The notes under the pieces were generated by a model. That model was not told where the DNA came from. It did no database searches and worked only from the letters and a program-made list of their open reading frames with translations. Positions 16,981 through 25,917 of a DNA stretch of 41,967 nucleotides are shown piece by piece (the stretch's first letter is position 1; every line of letters starts with the position of its first letter). The translations under genes were made by a program, and so were the position numbers. This DNA is from a virus. Lineage: Duplodnaviria > Caudoviricetes. Location of the stretch: the IMG/VR virus record IMGVR_UViG_3300032295_002786, positions 1 through 41,967 of that record. One strand, written 5' to 3'.

Positions 16981-17826
16981 TTATCTCCCCCATCCATTGC
17001 CCCAGAGATCCACGTGCAATCTGGGACTGTACCAATATCCTCGACGGAGTGCTTCGTTAGCAACATTTAACCTGTTGCTGTCGTACACAGACACTGTGCC
17101 GCCCACAGGCATCACAAACACCGGACCGGCAAATTCACGTGAACGATATTCAGCCACAGCACGATCTACTTCGTCAAAATCTTCGGGCTTGTCAACCACA
17201 AACTTGAGATAGGTCACGCCATGATTTTCATATTCAAACACAGTGTCCGGACGAATGGCATCCTCCCACTTCTCGCCACTCACACTCAGCTTGGGACTCA
17301 CACTGAATGTGATTTCACCGTGCCAGTCGTACAGATAATTTCTAAATTCTGGTGTGAGCCCTTGTGTGCCATTGGTCTCAAAAGTCACATGTCTAAGACC
17401 ACGTTCGTGTAGATAGCTCAACAGCTCAGGATAAGCACGTTGCCAACCCAGCAAAGGTTCTCCGCCGGTGATCACAAGATGTACCGGCATCTGATTGGGC
17501 TGTAACCATGTGTTGTTGGGCAACAATTGTTCCATGGTATCAGACAGCTCTTCCACTGTGTAGCTGCGACTGAGATGTCGGAAAGCCGGATGCCATGATG
17601 CATAGCTGTCACAGCCTGTGTTCACCAACGGCAGCTCCTCAAAAGTTTTGTACAGTTCTACTTGTTTGGCAACCTCGTCGGCCTCAACACTGCGTTCTCC
17701 AGGAGCGCAACCAAAACCACTGCAGGTAAAGTTGCAACCAAACGTGCGCAGAAATATGCTGGGAACTCCAACATATCGTCCTTCGCCCTGGGCACTGTAA
17801 AATATTTCACTGACTTTGATTTTCAT
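16981..17826 (-). CDS. queE: 7-carboxy-7-deazaguanine synthase (radical SAM)
   Basis: EIFYSAQGEG, FLRTFGCNFTC..GCDS, VITGGEP, FETNGT, SVSPK, SPRLH..WG. Confidence 0.92.
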   Translation of the reverse strand: MKIKVSEIFYSAQGEGRYVGVPSIFLRTFGCNFTCSGFGCAPGERSVEADEVAKQVELYKTFEELPLVNTGCDSYASWHPAFRHLSRSYTVEELSDTMEQLLPNNTWLQPNQMPVHLVITGGEPLLGWQRAYPELLSYLHERGLRHVTFETNGTQGLTPEFRNYLYDWHGEITFSVSPKLSVSGEKWEDAIRPDTVFEYENHGVTYLKFVVDKPEDFDEVDRAVAEYRSREFAGPVFVMPVGGTVSVYDSNRLNVANEALRRGYWYSPRLHVDLWGNGWGR

Positions 17827-18572
17827 TAATGACCTCCAAACCTCTCAACATAACATGTTCCGTCCATGCGTCGTTCAAACACCATGGGATTTTGTGCTAT
17901 TTTATTACGCACATCTTGATCTGTCACCCAACCTGGCAATACTGCGTCAAGATAGCGCAGATGTTCCTGTGTGGTAGGGTGATAATCAACCCCGCCATGA
18001 TCATGACGCAATCTTAGATGCTGATCACGGTCCCAATAATGTTCGCCCAGCACTTCAAGATAACTTGTGCCTAGACATGCTACCACATCATGATAGAGAT
18101 TGAGAATTTTGGGATTGTTGATTTTGTCCTGATTCATGTCGCTCACTCTATCTATGGGAACCATGCACATGAACTTCCAGGTCACGCCAGCGCGGTTTTG
18201 CAAAATATCGCGTACGGCCTTGATCAAGTTTAAATCTCTAAACAAAAAACCATGTTCGCACACTCCGCTGTCAATGAACTCTTTGGTATAAACTGTGTCG
18301 GCCCAGCCAACATTGCCTGGTGTCAACCACCCTCGCCCCTGTGCATATCGATCTTCACGCATGACATCGGTCCAGCACACTATCACAGTATCGCCGGCAC
18401 CAAAGCGGTGTCGCTGATCAGCTTCCATGAAGGAATGAAATATGAACTGATTACCTGCCCCAGCCTGTCCCCAGTTTTCAAATGCATCATACTTGTGAGC
18501 CAATATATTGGCCCAGGTCCAATACTTGTAGTTGGTGAAACTGCACCCAAATGCAAAAAGTCTATTTGCCAT
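17826..18572 (-). CDS. SGNH/GDSL-like protein
   Basis: LFAFGCSFT, GAGN, VIVCWT, DYHPT..H. Confidence 0.6.
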   Translation of the reverse strand: MANRLFAFGCSFTNYKYWTWANILAHKYDAFENWGQAGAGNQFIFHSFMEADQRHRFGAGDTVIVCWTDVMREDRYAQGRGWLTPGNVGWADTVYTKEFIDSGVCEHGFLFRDLNLIKAVRDILQNRAGVTWKFMCMVPIDRVSDMNQDKINNPKILNLYHDVVACLGTSYLEVLGEHYWDRDQHLRLRHDHGGVDYHPTTQEHLRYLDAVLPGWVTDQDVRNKIAQNPMVFERRMDGTCYVERFGGH

Positions 18573-19539
18573 GTTCTGCTCGGTACACAGTGAGCCAGTG
18601 GTCAATCATTTCATCCATGAGCTGGTCAAACGTATAAGTTGGCTTCCAGCCCAGTTCGGTTGTAATTTTGGTGTTATCACCTCGCAGATAAGGCAGCTCT
18701 TCAGGACGCAGATACTTGGGATTCTGTACCACATAGTCTTGATAGTTCAGTTCCAACTTCTCGAACACATAATCACACATGTCGCGAACAGATCTTGTGA
18801 TACCAGTGGCTACCACATAGTCGTTGGGTCGATCCTGCTGTACAATCAGGTGCATGGCTCGCACATAGTCATAGCTGTGTCCCCAGTCACGATAGCTGTC
18901 CATGTTGCCAAGTTCCAGTTTGGTGGCTAGACCCAGTTTGATTTCCACAGCACCTTTCACCACTTTGTTTGTGACAAAGTTTGATCCACGACGTGGACTT
19001 TCATGATTGAATAGAATGCCATTGTTGGCATGCAACTTGTAGGCATTGCGGTAGTGATGCACAATGTTGTAGGCAAACACCTTGCTGCAACCATAGGGAC
19101 TCACTGGATGCATGGGAGTGGTTTCACGCTGATAGCCATCTGCATCAACTGAACTGCCAAACATCTCACTAGAGCTGGCCTGATAGAATCTAGCATGGGG
19201 CACAACGTTTTTATATGCTTCAAGAATGTTCACTACACCCAGGGCATTGGTCTGTACTGTAAACTGCGGAATATCGCTGGAGATACGCACATGACTCTGT
19301 GCTGCCAGATTGTAAATTTCATCAGGTTGAAAGATACGTAACGCACGTTCCAAACTGCTTTGATCAGTGAGATCGCCGTATTCTACTTCAACTGGTAGAT
19401 CCGCAATGCGATTCTTTTGATGTTCTACAGTGCTGTTTCGGCGAATGATACCTGTGACTCTGTAGCCTTGTTCTACCAGGTGTTCGGCAAGATAGCTGCC
19501 GTCTTGTCCGGCAATGCCGGTGATGAATGCTGTTTTCAT
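18562..19539 (-). CDS. gmd: GDP-mannose 4,6-dehydratase
   Basis: ITGIAGQDGSYL, YNLAAQSHV, YQASSSE, SPYGCSK, LFNHESPRRG, RDWGH. Confidence 0.96.
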   Translation of the reverse strand: MKTAFITGIAGQDGSYLAEHLVEQGYRVTGIIRRNSTVEHQKNRIADLPVEVEYGDLTDQSSLERALRIFQPDEIYNLAAQSHVRISSDIPQFTVQTNALGVVNILEAYKNVVPHARFYQASSSEMFGSSVDADGYQRETTPMHPVSPYGCSKVFAYNIVHHYRNAYKLHANNGILFNHESPRRGSNFVTNKVVKGAVEIKLGLATKLELGNMDSYRDWGHSYDYVRAMHLIVQQDRPNDYVVATGITRSVRDMCDYVFEKLELNYQDYVVQNPKYLRPEELPYLRGDNTKITTELGWKPTYTFDQLMDEMIDHWLTVYRAEHGK

Positions 19540-19562
19540 GAATGTCCTCAAGTGTTGATTGT

Positions 19563-19591
19563 ATTATATAGATGCTATTGCGATTTGTCAA
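19563..19591 (-). promoter_or_regulatory. Consensus sigma70 promoter for gmd-SGNH-queE
   Basis: TTGACA-17 bp-TATAAT. Confidence 0.8.
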
Positions 19592-20453
19592 AATATTTTT
19601 CAACCACTCGTCCGATTCCTTCTTCAAGGTGCACAACGGGATCAAAATTGAACAAGTGTTGAGCCAATGACACATCGCCCTGTCGGTGTCTAACCACTCC
19701 GCCAGTTACTTCTTGTATCTCAAGATCACTGCCAAGAGTGCGCAGAATGGTCTTGGCCACTTCACGTATGGTATAGGGTTGTATACCACCGATGTTGATG
19801 GTTTGATTGCAGCAACCGATGCTCTCTGCAATGTCAATCGTGGCCTTCACTGCATCATCAATGTAGAGATAGGTTCTTGTGCTGTTGCCAGCCATGAGCG
19901 TGGTGTCTTGTTTTTCAACCACTCGTGCCACAAAGTCCGGAATGAACTGATTGCGTTGTCCTGGACCATATATGTTGTGATATCTGATGATGCTGAAACC
20001 AGTGCCGGTTTGATTGCGCATGGCCTGGACTTGCAGCTCATTGGCGATCTTGCTGCCACCGTAACTGCTACGCGGATCTTGTGGATTGTCCACACACAGC
20101 GGCACAGATTCTGGTGTGGGCATGGGTTCAGAATAATAGTCACGACTGCCAGCATATACTTCGCTGGTACTGGCCAGAACAAATCGCTCTACTCTGTCTT
20201 GGTAACGTTCAATCAACCATTGTGTAGACAGTATGTTTGTGGTCAGCACATCCCAGGGACGTTTTGCAAATGCCTGAGGTTGATTGATGGCAGCAAAGTG
20301 CATGACCATGTCCACTGCTGGCAAACTCAAAACTGCATCACGCTGTGTTAGATCAACACCGTGTGGACGCACAACTTCGTGGCCCTGCTGTTCCAGTTTT
20401 TCAGCAACATGACTGCCAATGAAACCACGATGGCCAGTAACTAAGATTTTCAT
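19575..20453 (-). CDS. NAD-dependent nucleotide-sugar epimerase/dehydratase
   Basis: TGHRGFIG, ASTSEVY, YGGSK, RYHNIYGP. Confidence 0.9.
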   Translation of the reverse strand: MKILVTGHRGFIGSHVAEKLEQQGHEVVRPHGVDLTQRDAVLSLPAVDMVMHFAAINQPQAFAKRPWDVLTTNILSTQWLIERYQDRVERFVLASTSEVYAGSRDYYSEPMPTPESVPLCVDNPQDPRSSYGGSKIANELQVQAMRNQTGTGFSIIRYHNIYGPGQRNQFIPDFVARVVEKQDTTLMAGNSTRTYLYIDDAVKATIDIAESIGCCNQTINIGGIQPYTIREVAKTILRTLGSDLEIQEVTGGVVRHRQGDVSLAQHLFNFDPVVHLEEGIGRVVEKYFDKSQ

Positions 20454-20896
20454 ATGGGCTCACTGTCCAATTCACGACCTAGATAAGGTCCGTTTTTGAT
20501 TTCAAATATCACACCAGATTCCAAGACCTCAAAACTGTGGCCACCGCGATAGAGAATCATGCAGTCACCTCCACCCAACATCATGGTGTCACAATGAGTG
20601 CCATCTATGTCATAGAGTTCGGCACGAATCACACCACGCATGACTACCCAGGCCTCTTGTGTGCCCTGAGTGTTGCGCGGTGTTGCCAGATGTCTGTGCG
20701 CACGAAGTTGTCTACCCTGTGCCAGCGGTATTACAGATGCCTGTAGAATTTCTTCAGTGCCAGCAGCGTCGGTTCTGACGTCAGCTTCTGAGTTGAGCAC
20801 CGTGGCCAACAACAGTGTGGAATCAACCCGGCTGTGATATTGCTTCACGGGATTTATTTTCGTACTCGTAACTGAGACCACCCTTGACAGAATCAA
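20450..20896 (-). CDS. WbuC-like cupin
   Basis: AHRH..TQEAWVV..GGH.F..EIKNGPY; start uncertain. Confidence 0.7.
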   Translation of the reverse strand: MILSRVVSVTSTKINPVKQYHSRVDSTLLLATVLNSEADVRTDAAGTEEILQASVIPLAQGRQLRAHRHLATPRNTQGTQEAWVVMRGVIRAELYDIDGTHCDTMMLGGGDCMILYRGGHSFEVLESGVIFEIKNGPYLGRELDSEPI

Positions 20897-21710
20897 TCTT
20901 CATTTTGTACTGCACCATCTGACCGTTTACATCGTTGACCTTGAGTTTGGCCCAGGGATCTTGTTCGCCAGACTTCACACGAGTCCACCAATCAATATCC
21001 ATGCCAATTTCTACCATGTGTCGTGACAGACGTTCACATTCGTTAAGGCGCTGTTGAGTCCAGGTGATATGGTGAAAGTCATTGGGATCATGCGGCTTGC
21101 CTTCCAGCGCAATTCTGCCTTTGAAGGTGCTGTCTTTGTTGTTGCCGGTTAGATCATGTCGATCATGATTCACAGTGACTTCAATACGTTCCCAAATGTC
21201 CAACATATAGGCACACTGACTCAACCATGCATCAATCATTTGATGTGGGCTGAGATGGCCCAACAGTTCCATCCATATCTTAGGAACTATGGGGAAAATA
21301 CTATAGGGGTGATCGTTGTGTGTGTGAACTGCTAGTAATTTAAATTCTCCAGTGCGCTGGGCAATAACATCATCCCAGCCCTGTGTCTCCATCACAGCAT
21401 CGTCATTGAAAAACATGTACCAGTCTGCATCAGCTCGCTCGGCCAATTCATTGCCATAGCGATTGATGTTTACATAGCCCATGGGAGCGAATTGCACAGC
21501 TCGATAGTGGACTCCGCGTTGGTCCAATTTGGCTTTTAGACTGTTGCGAAAGTGATCCAGGCCCACTGAGTCGTCGCGATCAAACCCCAGCATGAACTGT
21601 ACCTGTTCAAGATTGGCACAGTTGTCAATGAGACTGAACATGCTGCGATCCAAGAGATCAGTTCTGCCACGAGTGGGCAGCAAAATTGCTATTTTGTATT
21701 TGTTAGTCAT
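20823..21710 (-). CDS. Glycosyltransferase family 2 (GT-A)
   Basis: ILLPTRGR, FNDDA..GWD, FPIV. Confidence 0.75.
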   Translation of the reverse strand: MTNKYKIAILLPTRGRTDLLDRSMFSLIDNCANLEQVQFMLGFDRDDSVGLDHFRNSLKAKLDQRGVHYRAVQFAPMGYVNINRYGNELAERADADWYMFFNDDAVMETQGWDDVIAQRTGEFKLLAVHTHNDHPYSIFPIVPKIWMELLGHLSPHQMIDAWLSQCAYMLDIWERIEVTVNHDRHDLTGNNKDSTFKGRIALEGKPHDPNDFHHITWTQQRLNECERLSRHMVEIGMDIDWWTRVKSGEQDPWAKLKVNDVNGQMVQYKMKIDSVKGGLSYEYENKSREAISQPG

Positions 21711-21999
21711 GTTGAACATCCTTGTGTGTTTGAAATATATTAGACCATTGTCTGAGCTTTTGACGTTTCAGTTCTTTGGCGGTGTCCAAGGCATCAGGAT
21801 CAATTACACCTTGGTCTACCAAGATATCTATCATGGCCAACACATCACCAAGTTCGCGCTCCAACATTGTTCTGTGTGGAATACCGTGACTGTAGTGAAC
21901 AGAATTTAGTCCAAATCTACGGCACTTGCTGACTTCAACAATGACCTCAGCACACTCTTCTTGCAAGATATCCAGTGCTTCTTGAATTTGTGCATTCAT
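21703..21999 (-). CDS. MazG-like NTP pyrophosphohydrolase
   Basis: ILQEECAEV..ERELGDVLA. Confidence 0.75.
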   Translation of the reverse strand: MNAQIQEALDILQEECAEVIVEVSKCRRFGLNSVHYSHGIPHRTMLERELGDVLAMIDILVDQGVIDPDALDTAKELKRQKLRQWSNIFQTHKDVQHD

Positions 22000-22511
22000 G
22001 CAAATAGATCCTCATTCCACTCTCTATGACCTTCTCTAAAAGCCATGTTGCTTTGTGTTTCGCGCACTTCCACACGATAGCACCAGAGTCTTTCTGCTTC
22101 TCCTGGTCCCCACATGTCGGGAATGTACACACCATTCACAAACTTGTACAGTTGGTCAGCCAGTCCTTCGCAGCCCAGGCGTGGTAGTACCACAATCTTG
22201 GCCATTTTCCGTTCTTGCAGCAGTTTGAATGTTTCCAGTTCCGGGTCATCCTGTGCCACGATCAAGGTATGATCAAACTGATCTTCAAGGATCCGCTTGA
22301 GATCTTTGAGGCCGCCGTAGTCAGCTGCCCAATTACGAACATCCAGATTGTCTGTGCCAAAATAAAACTTCATGCTAAAACTATAGCCATGAATTAGGTT
22401 GCAGTGACTATCAGCTCGCCACTGACGGTATGCACATGGAAATGCGTCGTGATATTCTTTGGTACTCACATACCGGTAGGTTATGGGTGGGTTGATTTGA
22501 TCAAGATACAT
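21996..22511 (-). CDS. queD: 6-carboxy-5,6,7,8-tetrahydropterin synthase
   Basis: HCNLIHGY (CxxxHG), DYGGLK, FDHT, GCEGLA, EVRET. Confidence 0.88.
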   Translation of the reverse strand: MYLDQINPPITYRYVSTKEYHDAFPCAYRQWRADSHCNLIHGYSFSMKFYFGTDNLDVRNWAADYGGLKDLKRILEDQFDHTLIVAQDDPELETFKLLQERKMAKIVVLPRLGCEGLADQLYKFVNGVYIPDMWGPGEAERLWCYRVEVRETQSNMAFREGHREWNEDLFA

Positions 22512-22600
22512 TGTTGTCTCCTATATTAAATGTTAACATAGGCCTGCAGAATTTGTAAAGCGGGATGAAGAGCCAGGAAGGCCGCTATTGAGGAAAATAT

Positions 22601-22834
22601 TTAGTCGCACCAATCATCGGTCTTCATGTAATCTGCTGCCAGTCGTTGAGCAGATTCCATGCTGTCGGCCACCACTGTAAGAGTGGCCACGCCGTCTTTG
22701 ATGTGTATGTTGTAAGGCACTGGACCTTGTGGTAACCAGCCATCATCCACACGCAGCTTCACCTTGAAACTGCGCATGGTCTGAGCACGTTGAATTATAC
22801 TTTGCGTTAAATCGCGAGCTTGTTCCTTGTTCAT
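22601..22834 (-). CDS. Hypothetical protein
   Basis: 77-aa ORF in operon spacing. Confidence 0.6.
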   Translation of the reverse strand: MNKEQARDLTQSIIQRAQTMRSFKVKLRVDDGWLPQGPVPYNIHIKDGVATLTVVADSMESAQRLAADYMKTDDWCD

Positions 22835-22839
22835 TTTGT

Positions 22840-23256
22840 TTAATTCTCAGTAGTATCTGCTTGATCTTTGATATCAATAGGACCGCGAACCCAGCATTCA
22901 GTGTCGTATTGTGACCAACCTTCTTCTTCCCAACCGGCCGACCAGTCTTCGTCCCAGATCTCTTGTAGTCGATCGCGTTCTTCTTCAGGCATGTCGTCGG
23001 GCCAGATGATGTCTCCATACCAGCCATCGTCAAGACTCACAAGTTCTGTGTCATAACCACAGTCATACATGTTCACAGCATCAGCACCAGGACCTTCGGT
23101 TTGATCCAGTTCAGGTGGACTATCGTCTTCGGTTTCCACAGTCCAAGTACCCCAGCGATATCCGTTGATCACACGAATAACCATGTCATCCTTTTGCCAT
23201 AGTTCGTGTTCTTCCACTGATTTCTTTTCTGCGGTTGATACAGTCCATGTAGCCAT
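22840..23256 (-). CDS. Acidic, Trp-rich hypothetical phage protein
   Basis: KKSV.E..GYRWG..EEEGW..TECW..GP. Confidence 0.7.
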   Translation of the reverse strand: MATWTVSTAEKKSVEEHELWQKDDMVIRVINGYRWGTWTVETEDDSPPELDQTEGPGADAVNMYDCGYDTELVSLDDGWYGDIIWPDDMPEEERDRLQEIWDEDWSAGWEEEGWSQYDTECWVRGPIDIKDQADTTEN

Positions 23257-23481
23257 TTATTTCAATCCTTTGCGACGGTTGCTTTCTGCCATGCCTTGCG
23301 CTATCATTTTCTTGAACATCAGCACTACCCGGTTTTTTTCTTTCTCACTCAAATACTTCACCAGCACTAACTTGTCGTCGTAGCTTTTGGCATTGTCCAA
23401 AAACTCTTCAGGCACTGCCAGCTTGGGCTTTTTGGGTTTGAATTTTTTCAAGTCCATTTTTGGTGTATCATCGTCGGACAT
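23257..23481 (-). CDS. Hypothetical protein
   Basis: Start MSDDDTPK with AAGGAG RBS and TAAATA upstream. Confidence 0.65.
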   Translation of the reverse strand: MSDDDTPKMDLKKFKPKKPKLAVPEEFLDNAKSYDDKLVLVKYLSEKEKNRVVLMFKKMIAQGMAESNRRKGLK

Positions 23482-23509
23482 GGTGGTCTCCTTTGCCGGG
23501 TATTTACTA

Positions 23510-24259
23510 TTATCTAGGCGCAAACTCCTGTTGTAGCTTGATATTGTCCATGAACTCTTTCTTGACACTGGCATCAGTACTGAACACACCTTTTAACACA
23601 GTGGTCTGTGTCAATGAACTGTGTGCCATGATACCGCGATTCTCGCAGCAGCCATGTGTGGCCTGAATATACACACCCACGTCGTGACTGTCAGTGGCGC
23701 GAATTATTTCTCGGGCAATGTCATTACACAGTTCTTCCTGTAGCGTACCTCGCCGCGCACACCACTGTGCGATTCGTGTGTATTTGGACAGACCGATAAG
23801 TTTATTGGCCGCAATGATACCGATATAGGCGACACCATTAACAGGCTGATGATGATGACTACACATGCTACGAAGCTCGCTGCGTACAACAAGCATACCT
23901 TCATATCTTTCTTGCGAGTGGTTGGGAAAAGCAGTTGCATCAGGTCTTGATTCATATCTACCTGCCATTATCTCATTGAAATACATCTTGGCCAGCCTAC
24001 GAGCTGTGCCTGCACTGTTGGGATCTGTTTCACGATCAATCAACAACCTATCCAGTACCAATTCAAAAGCTTCTGTTGCCTCATTGATTAGATGTTCTTT
24101 GTCTGTTTCGTGCAAGTAGTCACTGATGTTGTCACCTGCCCAAAAACGTTTGTTGTCGCGTTGCATTCTGGCACGGATCGCGTCGGCCAAATATGTTTTC
24201 TTTGGTGCTGAAGTACCAGTGTCATCGTCGCTGCTCTGGTACATTTTTTCGTAAACCAT
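23510..24259 (-). CDS. folE: GTP cyclohydrolase I
   Basis: TARRLAKMY, SMCSHH, GLSKYTR, LQEEL, HGCCENRG. Confidence 0.96.
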   Translation of the reverse strand: MVYEKMYQSSDDDTGTSAPKKTYLADAIRARMQRDNKRFWAGDNISDYLHETDKEHLINEATEAFELVLDRLLIDRETDPNSAGTARRLAKMYFNEIMAGRYESRPDATAFPNHSQERYEGMLVVRSELRSMCSHHHQPVNGVAYIGIIAANKLIGLSKYTRIAQWCARRGTLQEELCNDIAREIIRATDSHDVGVYIQATHGCCENRGIMAHSSLTQTTVLKGVFSTDASVKKEFMDNIKLQQEFAPR

Positions 24260-24288
24260 GTAGTCTCCTAGTGTTACAGGTATGCTGT

Positions 24289-24317
24289 ATTTTACAATAT
24301 TTAGATCTTGGTGTCAA
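24289..24317 (-). promoter_or_regulatory. sigma70 promoter for folE with TAAATA in the spacer
   Basis: TTGACA-17 bp-TAAAAT. Confidence 0.7.
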
Positions 24318-25336
24318 ATATCTTGAGATTTTGTTTCACCAATCAAACGTTGCCAGGCCTGATAATTTTTTTCAGGCTGCTCTTCGATTATCTGTGCCAA
24401 TCGGTTCCAGTTTGCTGCCAATCTATCACGCATGGTGTTTCGAATATGTGCAAGATTCATGACAGACAAACGCTTGATTTCATCTAGTAGCATTTGCATT
24501 CTGATGTCTTGATCATGTTCAAGATCATAACTATGGTCAATCACATCATCAAACAAATCAAATCCCAATTTTCTTACTGAATCAACCAGACCGGGAACTG
24601 CCCACCAAATTGGCATCTGCCACATGGCAAAGGCCTTGAAAGTTTTTTCTGTGATAAAAATTGAATGCCATCTATTGGATTCGTGTTGGCACGAACTTTC
24701 GACCACAATGTTTATAACACAGCCCCGAAACAATGGATTGGAAATGTCATGATCTTCGTGTCCATGAGTCATGGGCAATACACCATCAACTGTGATTGGC
24801 AAAGTATGACGCGGAAAATGTCGTTCAAAATCTGTCAATCTCTCGAGAGATGTTGCAGCACCAAGACTCAGTCTCAAGTCTACATTTAACTGCAAAAGTC
24901 GCGATGCAAAAACGGCGCGAGTTTCATCAACAGATCGAATGAGACAAAGAAATGCACAATCAGTTTTTGTATCCTGTGGTACATCACGCTGCCGAGTAAA
25001 AAAGTAGTAACTGTCGGCATGGTGTGTGATAAAACACTCGGCTCGGTAATTTAGTTTGCTGCAATCCACCACAGCATTGAACGCCACACAGAAATCATTG
25101 ACACCGCGCTCTCGCAGTAATTTGATCAACAATTCAATGTCAGAATCGTTGTGGCCTTCTGCTCTAAAATCCACAACAACCCTGTTTGTGCAAAGGTCTA
25201 ACCATGTGACGCCACTGCGTTCAAGATCTTGGTCAATGATCTGTTGTATGCGCAACGGATCAGCAAGATCCTCGCGATACATCAGAAGTGCCCAATACCA
25301 AATTACCCCTGGGCCATGCTTGCGAATCAGAATCAT
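24314..25336 (-). CDS. Putative glycosyltransferase (GT-B, GT10-like)
   Basis: IVVES..FITEKTFKAF..PIW..LGFDLFDDVIDHSYD; start uncertain. Confidence 0.55.
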   Translation of the reverse strand: MILIRKHGPGVIWYWALLMYREDLADPLRIQQIIDQDLERSGVTWLDLCTNRVVVDFRAEGHNDSDIELLIKLLRERGVNDFCVAFNAVVDCSKLNYRAECFITHHADSYYFFTRQRDVPQDTKTDCAFLCLIRSVDETRAVFASRLLQLNVDLRLSLGAATSLERLTDFERHFPRHTLPITVDGVLPMTHGHEDHDISNPLFRGCVINIVVESSCQHESNRWHSIFITEKTFKAFAMWQMPIWWAVPGLVDSVRKLGFDLFDDVIDHSYDLEHDQDIRMQMLLDEIKRLSVMNLAHIRNTMRDRLAANWNRLAQIIEEQPEKNYQAWQRLIGETKSQDI

Positions 25337-25917
25337 TCAATCACTATGGATCTACAGTCTGGGTAGGCGTGATAGTGCGGCACGGCTGGATTGGCTCTCA
25401 GCCATTGCAATTTTTCCAAGGCTTGATCAGCTTCTTCTGGAGTGGGTCGATAGTGATAGCCCACAGTGAAAGTTTGTTGGTTAATCCAGGGCGATACAGA
25501 AAGATCCCTACCGTCATATCGCATGCGAGACAAAGCCTGATAGTCTTCAGCATTGTCCAACAATATGGCGCCGCCGCGACCCACTGACATTGGTTTGCCC
25601 CAACCAAAGCTCAAACACTGCATTTGGCCTTCACGGTACATGCCTGGTTCCAGTCTTCTGGCACTGTCCCAAATGTCTGTGCCATAAAAACGATATTCTC
25701 CACACCAACGTTCGGGCACTAACTCATAATCAATTCCCAGTTTGTGCATGGTCATGACCACAGACACATAGGTGAATGCAGTGAACTGCACTCGCTGCAC
25801 TCGACGATATCGCAAGCAAAGCTCTATGGCATGTGTGCAACAATCGGTCATCACAGCATAGGGAGCACCAGTGTATTCGGCCAGCTCCTGCTCAAACGTC
25901 AGTATTCGTTCAAACAT
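25333..25917 (-). CDS. Short DegT/DnrJ/EryC1/StrS-family PLP sugar aminotransferase
   Basis: FEQELAEY.G..AV..CTHA, DSA, SFGWGK..GRGG; only about 194 aa. Confidence 0.8.
   Translation of the reverse strand: MFERILTFEQELAEYTGAPYAVMTDCCTHAIELCLRYRRVQRVQFTAFTYVSVVMTMHKLGIDYELVPERWCGEYRFYGTDIWDSARRLEPGMYREGQMQCLSFGWGKPMSVGRGGAILLDNAEDYQALSRMRYDGRDLSVSPWINQQTFTVGYHYRPTPEEADQALEKLQWLRANPAVPHYHAYPDCRSIVIE

Noticed and set aside
19686-20351. Long antisense ORFs (also 14640..15248, 26866..27396, 36247..36765)
   Set aside because: Shadow frames opposite well-supported genes, without motifs or RBS.
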